Origin: Haliotis rufescens
Lineage: Eukaryota
DNA length: 64,000 bases
Direction: 5' to 3'
Assembly: GCF_023055435.1 (NCBI RefSeq)
Contig: NW_025964334.1
Coordinates: forward strand, 61,194,001-61,258,000
This document shows, one piece after another, positions 1 to 11,025 of this stretch. The number at the start of each line of letters is the position of its first letter. The first letter of the stretch is position 1. The translations under genes were made by a program, and so were the position numbers. The notes under the pieces were generated by a model that saw only the letters and a program-made list of their open reading frames with translations, was not told the origin of the DNA and did no database searches.

Positions 1-1655
1 ACATACCCAAGTCTGGCAAAAGAAATCTCCTCACCCCCCACCCTTCTACCACCCGCGCCTCTTGCATTGAATATGTGAAATACGTGAGTGAGTGAATGTT
101 GCGTTAAACCACAGGCGGTAACAATCCAGCTATATCGCGTCGACCTGTTGATATAATATTGATCAGGCCTGTCGGGTACCCATCTAGGGGATATTTATGT
201 TCAAATGCAACAGTGTCAACCACTCAGTCGTCGTTTACAGTGCATTAATCAACATGAGACTTAAGATATTTCCCGTTATTCTCGGTGTATTGAAGATGCA
301 AAGTGAGATATTGTGTTGCGTACTAAGCAAAAGTACATAATGTCATTTCATCCACTATCAAAGTGAAAAGGCAGATTTTGCGAAGAGGATAGTTTGGATA
401 CAACGCAGTCAGTGTGGAACAGAGAAGTGGACTCCGATTAGACATGCCATTTTGTGTCTCTTGCATTTGAAGCATGTGTCTGTAGGCTGGAGGCTAAATC
501 CCGTAGGAGGCTTAGAACAAGAGTTTGTTCAACACCAACTGCGTAAAAGCAACGGGGAAGTTTCCCTTTGATCGTTTCCTGGCAACGTTTCAAAGAGTGT
601 TAAATAAACATTCAGGAATCCATGTTGTCATACATTGAACCTTAAGTACTTCACAATAATACACAACAACATCCCGCTATATGAATAATCGCAACAACCA
701 TCCAAGACACATACCCTGCCTCGACAGACTCGATTTGTTACACAATGTACGAGCAAGGGTGAGATTTCCCTGTGTGCGTTATCTGGCCACGTTTCAATGG
801 TTCGTTTCCGTTGCATTCAGTAATATCGGCGTCGTACATTTAATCTTCCGCTCATTACTCGCTGATTAATGTTCAAAGTTGTAAGATGCCTTTTTAAACA
901 CACCAGGTTGATGACTAACAGACCCCGAATATAAATGTTGATTATCAAGATGAGATGCACTATTTTCAGTTTCAAGAGAAACAGAAAATGAATAAATAAA
1001 TGAGTTTCAATCAGTCACTGAATCATGCCTGTCCCTTGTGCCCTTGAAAAAGCACAAATGATATTCAAACATGAATAATCAAATAACGTCAATTTATAAG
1101 AGTTTCGATTTTTTGTTTTCAAGTATTATTTTAACTACATATTGCTGTATTAATAAGCGAGCAGACTCACTGAAGAATCATAGTAAAACAACAGCGTATT
1201 ATTGCCACTTGATGTTGAGCGTTTAGAAATAAAATACTTCATATATATTTCCTGTCCTTCTTCCAAAACCATAATTATAAGAAGTCAATTGTTTTATTCC
1301 GACCACGTCATGAACATGGTTTTAGGAATCACTGTCAAATAGTGATGATTCTAGGTGTTCGTTGAAAATGTGGGCGTGTGAAGGCCCCGTGGCAGCACCC
1401 GTCACAGACATATAGACGATAGAGTCAACTGTTCACTTGAAACAAACACGGGAATATATGGTACAAGTCACACTGGGCAATGGTATCGGACATCACCTTT
1501 GTGGCTGATACGTCAAATCTTCCACATGTCTACCATTACGTCTAGTATAAAATAATTTGCTAAAGGTTCAAACCTTGATCAAACAACCTTTGAACCAGAG
1601 GCGTATGGCTCTTTGTAATATTTGTAGACGGGGAATGCTGTGGAGGACATTTCCT

Positions 1656-1932
1656 AGAGTGGGTGAGTGAGTTGGTGAGTTGGTGAGTGGGTGAGTGAGT
1701 GGGTGAGTGAGTGGGATGAGTGGGTGAGTTGGTGAGTTGGTGAGTGAGTGAGTGAGTGGGTGAGTTGGTGAGTTGGTGAGTTGGTGAGTGGGTGAGTGAG
1801 TGGGTGAGTGAGTGGGATGAGTGGGTGAGTTGGTGAGTGAGTTGGTGAGTGAGTGGGTGAGTGGGTGAGTGGTGAGTGGGTGACATGGTGAGTGAGTGGG
1901 TGAGTGAGTGAGTGAGTGGGTGAGTGGGTGAC
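1656..1932. repeat. (GTGA/GTGG)n microsatellite
   Basis: Direct reading of the sequence. Confidence 0.95.
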
Positions 1933-2169
1933 AGGGTGAGGTTTCGTTCTATGTACGCTACAAGTTATTATGTGACGCATATTGTGACGCAAAAATATGA
2001 CGTCAAGGTCGTATATACAAGGACGCCAAAATTCAAGCTTCTGTTGCCCCCCAAAACTTGAAATACAATCTGAACACAATGTACAGTCATACAACCGCAA
2101 CATTGCCCTTTGTAATGTATAATTGTACATATAACTATTTTAAAATGCCAATCGACAATGACGGAGGGG

Positions 2170-2540
2170 GCTTTACATTAAATCAGTATGACGACAAAAA
2201 TAATGATAACAATAGAAATTATGTGTTAAACGATCAGTTGCTATGGGAAATAATACTTTTAGCTATAAGGGGTGAAACAATATATTATTCTTCAACAAAA
2301 AAAAAGATTACAGGAGCAAGGGAAACACAGCTTGAAAAGGATTTACTCAATTTTGAAAAAAAGATTTAGATAGTACAGAAGTGGAAATAGAAAAGAAAAA
2401 TATATTAAAGAAAATAGAGGAAATTAAAAAGGAAATTGAGGAAATACATAACCAAAAAAAACGAGGAGCTTTTATAAGTTCGGAGGTTAAATGGAACATG
2501 GAGAACATGAGACAAAGGAAAAATATTCTACTGCTCTGAA
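2170..2540 (+). mobile_element. L1/Tx1-like LINE ORF2 fragment
   Basis: LWEIILLAIRGETIYYS...RGAFISSEVKW resembles the post-endonuclease linker of L1/Tx1 ORF2; A-rich. Confidence 0.65.
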
Positions 2541-2835
2541 TGTATTAATTATAAATGTACTATAGGCCAGTGAACTCCTGAGTACGGAAACAAAGAAATG
2601 TGAGCATCGACCTACAACAACAACAACGACGACGACTAAGCCAAAAGTAAAGGCTCATGAAAATCTCACGAAAGCTTATAAAGCTGATGCACTCATGCGG
2701 ATGGTGCAAATGCGCACCAAAAGAAAGTCCAAGAAGGCATATCAACAGTTGCAACTCCCTCCTGCCATTGCCTGATAAAAGAGAGATGCTGCAGGTCAGA
2801 TGTCTCATTCAGGCTAATACCGTCATGCAGGGAAG

Positions 2836-3165
2836 ATGTCTCTGTGCCTCAGGACACAGAAGCTCGCTCTGTGTCATTTGTGTGCTGCCACTCCAGCGAT
2901 CTGCAAATCAATTCTCAAACATGCTCCCACCAATCTCATCCGTGCCCTTTGTGAATGTGTGGTTAACTTGTATGCAGGCAACATTCCCATGACCACGACT
3001 CAACATCAAAACTTGCAGCGGCATGGCAAAGTCTTTAATACGCTCATGAAAAAACAAATACCTCTAAGCAAGAAACGAATGATTCTTCAACATGGAGGAG
3101 GATTATTAGGAGGGCTCATTCCTCTTATTGGTTCTGCCCTAGCCTCTTTGTTTGGAGGAAAGTAA
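2836..3165 (+). CDS. Small basic Polinton protein with C-terminal amphipathic helix (ORF intact)
   Basis: LIRALCECVVNLYAGNIP...KKRMILQHGGGLLGGLIPLIGSALASLF matches a conserved small Polinton ORF pattern (CECxxNxxxGN-x-P, Q-x-GG-x-L). Deleted in copy B. Confidence 0.7.
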   Translation: MSLCLRTQKLALCHLCAATPAICKSILKHAPTNLIRALCECVVNLYAGNIPMTTTQHQNLQRHGKVFNTLMKKQIPLSKKRMILQHGGGLLGGLIPLIGSALASLFGGK

Positions 3166-3168
3166 TAA

Positions 3169-4068
3169 ATGGTCTGACACCAGGAAGGTTGGGATCAGTG
3201 TGTGGTGTGCCACCATGAAGTACGCACGCATGATGGTGTTGGTGCCTGAAGAAACATGGCAAAGTCTACAGGCCACCAAACAACATCATCGTTAGGCACT
3301 TCACACCCCTCTCTTGGAAAAGAAACGTCTCCAAAATTTGGAAGAGATGGACACGTTGATGCAGATGTCACATCAGCCTTTTCACATCGGGGACAAGAAT
3401 CCAACCAACTGTTGCAACACATGCTAGAGTTGCAGGGCTAACAGCACCACATCACCACCACCACCAAACCACTACAGCCCAAAGTGACACCACCACCACC
3501 ATCACCATCAACAATGGACACCACATGTAGACCTGCCCCTCCTCAACAAGTGATAGACGAAGTGGCCATGAGTGTTCCTAAAGCCATGACCAGTAAAGCC
3601 ATGAATTTGATGACAAGGATTCAAAACAATCCCGACTTGAGTTGGACTCCAGAGGGAACCTTGACCGTGGAAGCGACACCCGTCCCTGGCACACACATGG
3701 TGGACTTGATCAATGATTTAGTGCGTCACCAAAAAACCAAAGAGGGGCCGGCAGGTCGGACCATTTTGAGTCACCATTTGGCCAACAGTCATGTTCCCCA
3801 TGAAATGATTGGAAATCCTCAACGATGGCAATGGATGCAGAAGCAGCAACAACAACACCCTCACTCAACACCAAGGACACCCAACACACAATTCCTCCTC
3901 CCCAAGCTCTCCCCACAAAGTCACAAAAAGAGAATAGAGCAGCGGCAGCAGATGGATCCACAAGCAGAAGAAGATGAGATGCCAACCCCATGGTTGATGA
4001 CCCCACCTCCCTCTGATACCAAACAGGACAGATTCATCAACAGCCGAGGTCCACGGATACCCTTTTAG
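3169..4068 (+). pseudogene. Conserved Polinton protein (PZ-like), disrupted 5' part
   Basis: SVPKAMTSKAMNLM...LSWTPEGTL...VPGTHMVDLINDLVR...VPHEMIGNPQRW is typical of a Polinton core ORF. The PZ label is tentative. Confidence 0.7.
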
Positions 4069-4146
4069 CACCACATAAGAAAACATCTCTCCCTCTCTAC
4101 AAAAAGACCATCCATGTACCGAGTGGCATCAGTCTGATGAGAGAAA

Positions 4147-5022
4147 ATGACGCGACAGGCCAAGACTCGATGGCGCATTCCACCCTCTGCTGCTGCTGCT
4201 GCTGCTGCTGCAGGGAAGAAACAACACCACAACAAAGGACTTCCTACTTCCCTTTGGACGGCCTGGTTGGAAAAAACCTACTTTCATCCTGAACATCCAG
4301 CAAGTTTTGGCGGTTGACGACCTTTGCGGAGAGTGGCACCCATCCAAGCTTAAGATGCAAGAACCAGTAAAAGCAAGAAGAAAATCGTGCCATCACAAAG
4401 TCAAATCAAGCGTTGGTTGCAAACCCAGGTACCTACACCTTGCACAAACCAGGTCCTTTCCAAGAGACCACTATCGTGTGGGAGGTGTTGATGAATTGTG
4501 GCAAGCAGACTTGAGTGACATGATTGCCTTTTAAGACGACAACAAAGAATTCAAATATCTGCTGGGACCAGACATTATTTGAAAGTCTTACCCCTTTTGG
4601 TCAAGTCGTACAACCAACGTGTGCATTGGTCCATTGGTCATCCCCAGTCAGAAAATCGGGAGAGACCCCCCCTCTCTTTTACTGCCAGGCACCCGTGTAC
4701 ATCTGAACAAAACCAAAGGCACCTTTGAGAAAGGCTATCTCCCCAACTCGACCACGTAACTCTTTATTGTGGACCGTCTGGTCACAGGGAGAACACCTCC
4801 CGTGTATTGGATCAAAGATGATCATGGTGAAGTCCTCAAAGGAACCTTTTTCCGTGAAGAAATACAGCCCATCTTGAAAACAGATGATGTGTATGCCATG
4901 GATCACATGCTGAAAAGACTCCAGGGAAACAACAGGGTCAAGGAGAGGTCTTGGTGAAATGGACTGGCTACCCTGCTAGTTTTAATTCGTGGATCCCTGC
5001 AGATCATTTACAGATAAAATAA
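4147..5022 (+). pseudogene. Polinton retroviral-like integrase with C-terminal chromodomain, copy A
   Basis: Motifs YFHPEHPASFGG, WQADLSDM, KGTFFREEIQ and VKWTGYPASFNSW. Has stops, frameshifts and a deletion of the catalytic core at ~4563. Confidence 0.9.
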
Positions 5023-5065
5023 GGCACATTCTGTCACTCAGGCTCACTCAGAGGGTGGACACACA

Positions 5066-5440
5066 TGACAGATCCACCACCACCACCATTGCCACCACTG
5101 CAGAGAAGCCTCTCTGCATCCGTGGGTACCGATGAACCTGCCCTTGCTGCTGCACCACGCCATCCCCAGCGTCGACACTCACCTTGGTGTTGTTTTGGCA
5201 TGACATTACCCTGCAGTGTTTTTTGCACAGATCTTGGTGATATATGGCGTGATCATCATGAACATGGTTTAGTTGGGCTTGGATCACAGAGAGAAAGAGT
5301 TGTGGACAGCCCTGCTCACCAGTTGTTTGGGATACATACTTCCACCACCCACCTTGGCCGCCTCACGAGACATCCCACGACACACGCCAGAACACTTCAA
5401 CTTGATACCTCATCCACTCAAAGTTTTCTTACCTAGCTCA
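5066..5440 (+). pseudogene. Small two-TM Polinton protein relic
   Basis: WCCFGM...AQILVIYGVIIM...ELWTALLTSCLGYILPPP read across frameshifts; counterpart at 40216-40575 (-). Confidence 0.55.
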
Positions 5441-5478
5441 CATCGTCATTGCTGCCGTCTCCCCCTTCTTTTTTTTTT

Positions 5479-8400
5479 AAAGAATTTTACATGACCCTAC
5501 CCAGTGATGCCTCCATGGATATCTATCCAAACGACACAGTCAATGCATATGAAATCAAGTTGCCTTATCCTCTGCATCTTGACCGCCAACAGTGGGAGGT
5601 GGGAGTCAGCGAAATTCACTTTCCAATGACATGATACAACGTCGCTCTACCCTTTGACTGGTTTGCTCTGAACCTCACACTGAAAAAGAAAGCCCTTGTG
5701 TATGAAAGCATGGCGAGCACTATACCACAGACACAGTATGGTGCCATCCATTATGACAGGAAGAAGATTCCTATCGAGAAAGGAGTCTATTCATCTGCAG
5801 ATTTGGTGAAAACCCTCAACCGTTTGATTCAGGAGCATTGTTACAACGTAAATTGTAATAAAAAGGTAAATTGTAATACTTGCAGCAAATTGTAATAATT
5901 TTGACGTAAATTGTAATAACAACGTTAATTGTAATAATATTTGACGTAAATTGTAATACGCAAATTGTAATAAAAATTTACGTGAATTGTAATAATCTCT
6001 ACTTGCGGTAAAATGTAATACATTCTTACGTAAATTGTAATAACCTTACTACCGTAGTGTCCAAGACGCCAATTGACTAGAAATGATCTTCGTCAGTTGA
6101 GCTTGCGTTTCACATGTACAATTCGAGATATACTGTGTATGATGACAAACGTACAAAACTGTTAAGTTAGGGATGGTTGGTATAGGCTTTATCGTACAAT
6201 CGTCATTAAAGGGTGGTGTCAACATCGATAAATTTAAATGACTGAAAGATCAATCCTCGGGTTCAAAATGATGGGTTACACAACCGTATATTCGACAAAT
6301 AACTTAATTTTGACATATTGTTCAATATTCTTATAAGGCTTTCAAGATGTTTTTTGCATGACTTGCTTCAACAGTACGTTGACCAGTTTACACGACTGAA
6401 CGAGTGATGACGAAGGGTACAAACACAGGCTGGTCAACCAGTGTGTCGATTTGCAGTGGAAATCCTATACGAGTTGATAAGGAGTACATAATCCTTTTCT
6501 TGAAACAAACGAGGGAATTTAATCATATTGATACAATTCATTTTATTTTGACGAAGAATTCAAATTCAACAAATGAGTTGACAGATCCCGTGCATACACA
6601 AATAACATCCGGTATCTTCGGATAACTCTTGTACAGTTTCAAAGAGTATACAAATTATCATAAATTTCTTGCAATCAATTGCTGAAATATATCTGCTTGT
6701 ATCCAAATAGAAAGGAATTGAAAATTTATAATGAAAATATGTTTGTCACTAAAGTAAATTTTCTCTTTGACCTTGAAACGTACTTGAAGATTATTAAACT
6801 CGACAATCGTTGGTGGATTGCGCCAAGAAACCTTGATACGAAATATATACGTACAATAATCCCCTGAAAACATAACCTCCTCTGAAAGATTAAGAGGATT
6901 AAAATAATTTGGGCTAACATCAAGCTCTGTAATAACTGTATACTGGTGAGGGCACAGTATCGGAGATAAATATAATTTGGTTTCTTAGTTAGTCACTATT
7001 CTTTTCATTGGAATGTTAAGAAGGTATGCTATAATTTCAATATTTTATTACAGTGCTTGATGTTAGCTGGAATTATTTTAATCCTCTTAAACCCCCAGAG
7101 AAGATTATCCTCTGAGGTAGTTTTTGTTCGTATATATGTCACATATTAGTGATAACTTATGAAAAACGTAATTATCTGTTTCGAAAATTATGTACCGCAT
7201 TATACGTGAGGTACCAAATTTGGTATCAAGGTTGCTTGGCGTAATCCACCAACGATTGCCGAGTTAATTGATCTTAGAATACTCTTTGTATAAGGTCAAA
7301 GAGAATATTTACGTTAGTGACAAAACTCTTTTCATTATAGATTTTCCATCCTTTCAATTTTGATCAAAACAGATATATTTCAGCAATAACTGATTGCAAC
7401 AAATTTATTATACATTCTGATGCTCTTTGAAACTCAACAAGACATGCCCGAAGATACCGGATATTATTTGTGTATGCTGTGAATTATGATTTCGTGCCGT
7501 TATCATGATGGATTCTGTTTTTGTTGTTGGGGCAAGGAGTTATTATCCCAGCAAAAGTTGTCAGTAAGTTGTTGTTAGTTCTTCATGACATATGAAAGGA
7601 ATACAGACAGTTACACTTATTCATTTATTTCATTAGATATACTTCTTCCTATGAAAGGAAATATTTTATGTTGTATTAATGATCGATATGTTAATCATAC
7701 ATTGCTACAAATATTGCATAAGTTAACATAAGGTAAAGACTATCCACGCCCCACTTTTGATATTAATAAAAACATTGTATATAATGTTATGTATTAAGTA
7801 TTCTCCTTTCCCATGCATGGGAAATCTATGCTGCATTTGCTGACGACTGTTTTTTTTCCTTTGACATTGCACAGGAGATCTGTCACTCATTTGTTGTATT
7901 TGAATTCTTCGTCAAAGTATAATGTATAAATATGATTGAATTGCCTCGTTTGTTTCAAGGAAACGGTCATGTCCTCCTGATCAAATTAAGTAAACCTCCA
8001 ATGCAAATCGACATAATTTCAGGGTCCGGTTGCACAGAGCTCTCTTCGGTAACTCATAACTCAATGTTATTGCAATGGACTTCTAGCTAAGCTACTATTG
8101 GATGATAAATCAATTAACCTATTTGTCGAATAGACGTACCTAATGTAATCCATCATTTTTAACCCGAGGATGGATCTTTCAGTCATACATTTCGATGCGT
8201 ACAGTTGCTAGAGTATCATTCTAACAATTCAGACATGACACAAGCTGTACGTAAAATAATTGATAAAGGTAGTCCTTGCGGGTTCACATACCTACATGTA
8301 CATCGCCCAGGACATTGTCATTATTTGTTTTACATCCTCCGAGCAACATTAAAAAAATTGAAACTTGAATAATAATAAATTGATATTATGTATATGAACA

Positions 8401-9630
8401 TGTATAAATCAGCTTGCACACAGACAACTGCAGAATGACATGTCATCCATTTGCTAGTTTAGTTTAGTTTAAACATATTTTATTCACAGAACAAAATGAG
8501 AATTGTATTGGGGACAAGTTCTTGCAACTTAGTAAACCCCTCTCTGCATAAAATATGTACAAATATACAGTTGCAAAATAAATAAATTTGCTTCAGTCAG
8601 TAAAATCAGACTTTCCACATTTACACATCAATATATTTGTGTAAGTTTGTTACGTTATAATTATTCCATTGTGTATATAACTTCCTACTTTACCAATTGA
8701 AATATGATTCAATTAGGTTAAATATGAACAATTATGATGAAAATCGTCAATAGGATATATTACAATTATGTACAATACACACAGAGTATTTCTCAAATAA
8801 ATAAGAAAACTGAGTTCTTTTTTGTAATTAATCCTCTTCTGGACAACCATAGAAATGAAATTCCAATGCGTTTATATATACATATAATTATACAACAATG
8901 TACGATAACGACCTCAATCCTCCCCCACACCCATACTTTAATGACGATTGTACGATAAACCCTGTACCAACCCTGACAAGGATAGGTTCTAGTCATTTAA
9001 CGCCTTTGACACTAAACTTATAAGGTTATTACAATTAACGTAAAAAGTTATTACATTTTTCCGCAAGTTGAGATTATTACAATTTACGTCAATTTTGATT
9101 ACAATTTGCGTATTACAACTTACGTCAAATTTTATTACAATTTACGTCGTAACAAGCATATTACGGGTATCTTGAAAGAACAGTCCTCAGACAGCGTCCA
9201 AAGTGATGGCAGATGATTTGTCATTGCTGCCAGGTATCCTCAAGATAGTCTTCGATTTGAGATGCTTGGAGATGGAAAAGTGCGATTCCATGCCCCTGAA
9301 GAAGAAGAATTCCATACGAGAGGATCACTCTATGCCACGGAATTGATCATGCCAAGTCCACTCTCGAGAATGCTTGGATTTGTTCAACTACCACTCCTCG
9401 CTAAGGATGACTATAAAACCTACACAGGGACTGCTGTTCCCTTGAGTGCATTGGCCCAGTGGCAAGTGGGGGCTACTCCCATGGCAGGTGGCTGTGTAGA
9501 AATCACAGGTGATACAAGGGCTAATCGCCTGTCACGATTTGATACTGTGTACATTTACACCAACCTGGTCGAATATCAAATTGTGGGCAATACGATGGCC
9601 CCATTGCTGATACACGTGCCTTTGTCAAAG
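5479..9630 (+). pseudogene. Polinton minor capsid (penton/PX), copy A, split by a 3.3 kb insertion
   Basis: FYMTLPSDASMDIYPNDT...WEVGVSEIHFP lies in 5479-5838 and VYIYTNLVEYQIVGNTMAPLL in 9160-9630. The gene is contiguous in copy B. Confidence 0.88.
5839..9154. mobile_element. Non-autonomous TIR DNA transposon with foldback interior (TGT...ACA ends, 5-bp TSD; Ginger2/TDD-like, tentative)
   Basis: Termini TGTTACAACGTAAATTGTAATA and TATTACAATTTACGTCGTAACA. TSD AGCAT at 5834-5838 and 9155-9159. The empty site has a single AGCAT in copy B (~39785). Confidence 0.9.
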
Positions 9631-10075
9631 CGGCGGTAGAGACTTTCACAAGGATCAGCTCAATAGTGCCTATGTAGGCAGCAAAGAGAAGAATCCGTAC
9701 AACTTCAAACACAACCATGTCACCATGACGAAGCTGAAACTCAATGGCCAGGAAGTCCATGGCACGGAAATGAAAAGCGACTTCAGCAACAATAGCGCCC
9801 ATCTAAAACAAGTCTACATGAATATGTTCCGAAAAACTGGACAGCTGTGGCGGCCTGAGACCTGTGGGGTGACTTCCAAGGCCTTTGCTCAAGGTTACTC
9901 CTTGTAGGTGGGGGATCTCACACCAGATCTTGGCGCTGATGAAGGCATCAACAATCCTCGACACACTGGCGATGTTGGGTTTGGAAATCCAGTTTGGACA
10001 AGCTCTTGAGACCCCGGTCACCCTCATCTGCTATGAGGCATACAAAAATGTTCTGGAAATAGATCGAACGGTGGG
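9631..10075 (+). pseudogene. Polinton major capsid (PY/hexon) C-terminal fragment, copy A
   Basis: KNPYNFKHNHV..KLNGQEV...GLEIQFGQALETPVTLICYEAYKNVLEIDR; the 5' part was removed by a ~1.3 kb deletion. Confidence 0.88.
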
Positions 10076-10314
10076 TTGTGCTTTCTCTCCCATGGAACAG
10101 GCCTGTTCCTATGGAAAAGAAACACAAGGGTCGGTCTCAGGCCAGGCAACGGAACGGACCGATCGGCGCGCTATGTTTTCGATCAATCAGGGCGCAGCGT
10201 GTCGGACCAATCAGCATGCAGCAATGTCTGATCCGGTCTCTCTCCTATTAAGAGAAAGCGAACACTCGAGTGGGTTCAGTGTCACTTGTGAAAAAAAATA
10301 TCATCGCATCAAGA

Positions 10315-10699
10315 ATGGCTGAGACGAAGAGCTGTACGAATGCTTGTGGGTCCAGATCTGAGTGTACTACGGATGCTTGTTGACCCAGTAAGCCGCCACC
10401 ATCATGTCATCAAACTTTTGAAAGAAGACTAGCCTCGTTTGAGTCGTGGGTTATGCAGATGAACCAGACCGCTGAAGACATGGCCCATGCAGGCTTCGTC
10501 TACACAAAAAGTACCGATAGTGTGTACTGCGTCCCACGACGATCCATGGGTGGAACACCACAAGTGGTCCCCTCACTGTGTCTACCTCCAGCTAACGGGG
10601 GTGGTGAAACACAAGAACGTGGCAGCTACTTTCTTGCACTATTTGTGCGAGAATACGAATCAGAGCAACGTGAATGAGGAAGCTTTCCCGCCTTCCTAG
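10315..10699 (+). pseudogene. BIR-domain (IAP-like) gene carried by the Polinton
   Basis: FERRLASFESW...MAHAGFVYTKSTDSVYC, then after a frameshifting deletion DDPWVEHHKWSPHCVYL; these are BIR hallmarks (RLxSF-W, AGFxY, DDPxxEHxxxxPxC). In-frame TGA at 10381. Confidence 0.88.
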
Positions 10700-10860
10700 C
10701 ATGAAGTTTTCGTTCCCGTTTCAGTTCCCGTTCCAGTTTTTGGTTGTTTTGGGCCAACGGCCCTTTTCAGGGCCACCCAACTCTCCCGAAAGAATGCTTT
10801 CATCATTGCTTTGCCAACCAACAACACACACACACACAAAAAGAAACCCAACAACAACTC

Positions 10861-11025
10861 ATCCCTCCTCCTCCTCCCCTCCAGCTCCTCCTCCTCCTCC
10901 CCCTCCTCCTTCTCCCCTCCAGCTCCTCCTCCTCCTCCCCCTCCCCCCCTCCCTCTCCTCCTCCCTCTCCTCCTCCCCCTCCCCCCCCCTCCCTCTCCTC
11001 CTCCTCCCCTCCACCTCCCTCCTCC
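10861..11025. repeat. (CCT)n/C-rich polypyrimidine tract in Polinton subterminal region
   Basis: Nearly pure C/T run; shorter in copy B (35875-35950). Confidence 0.9.
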
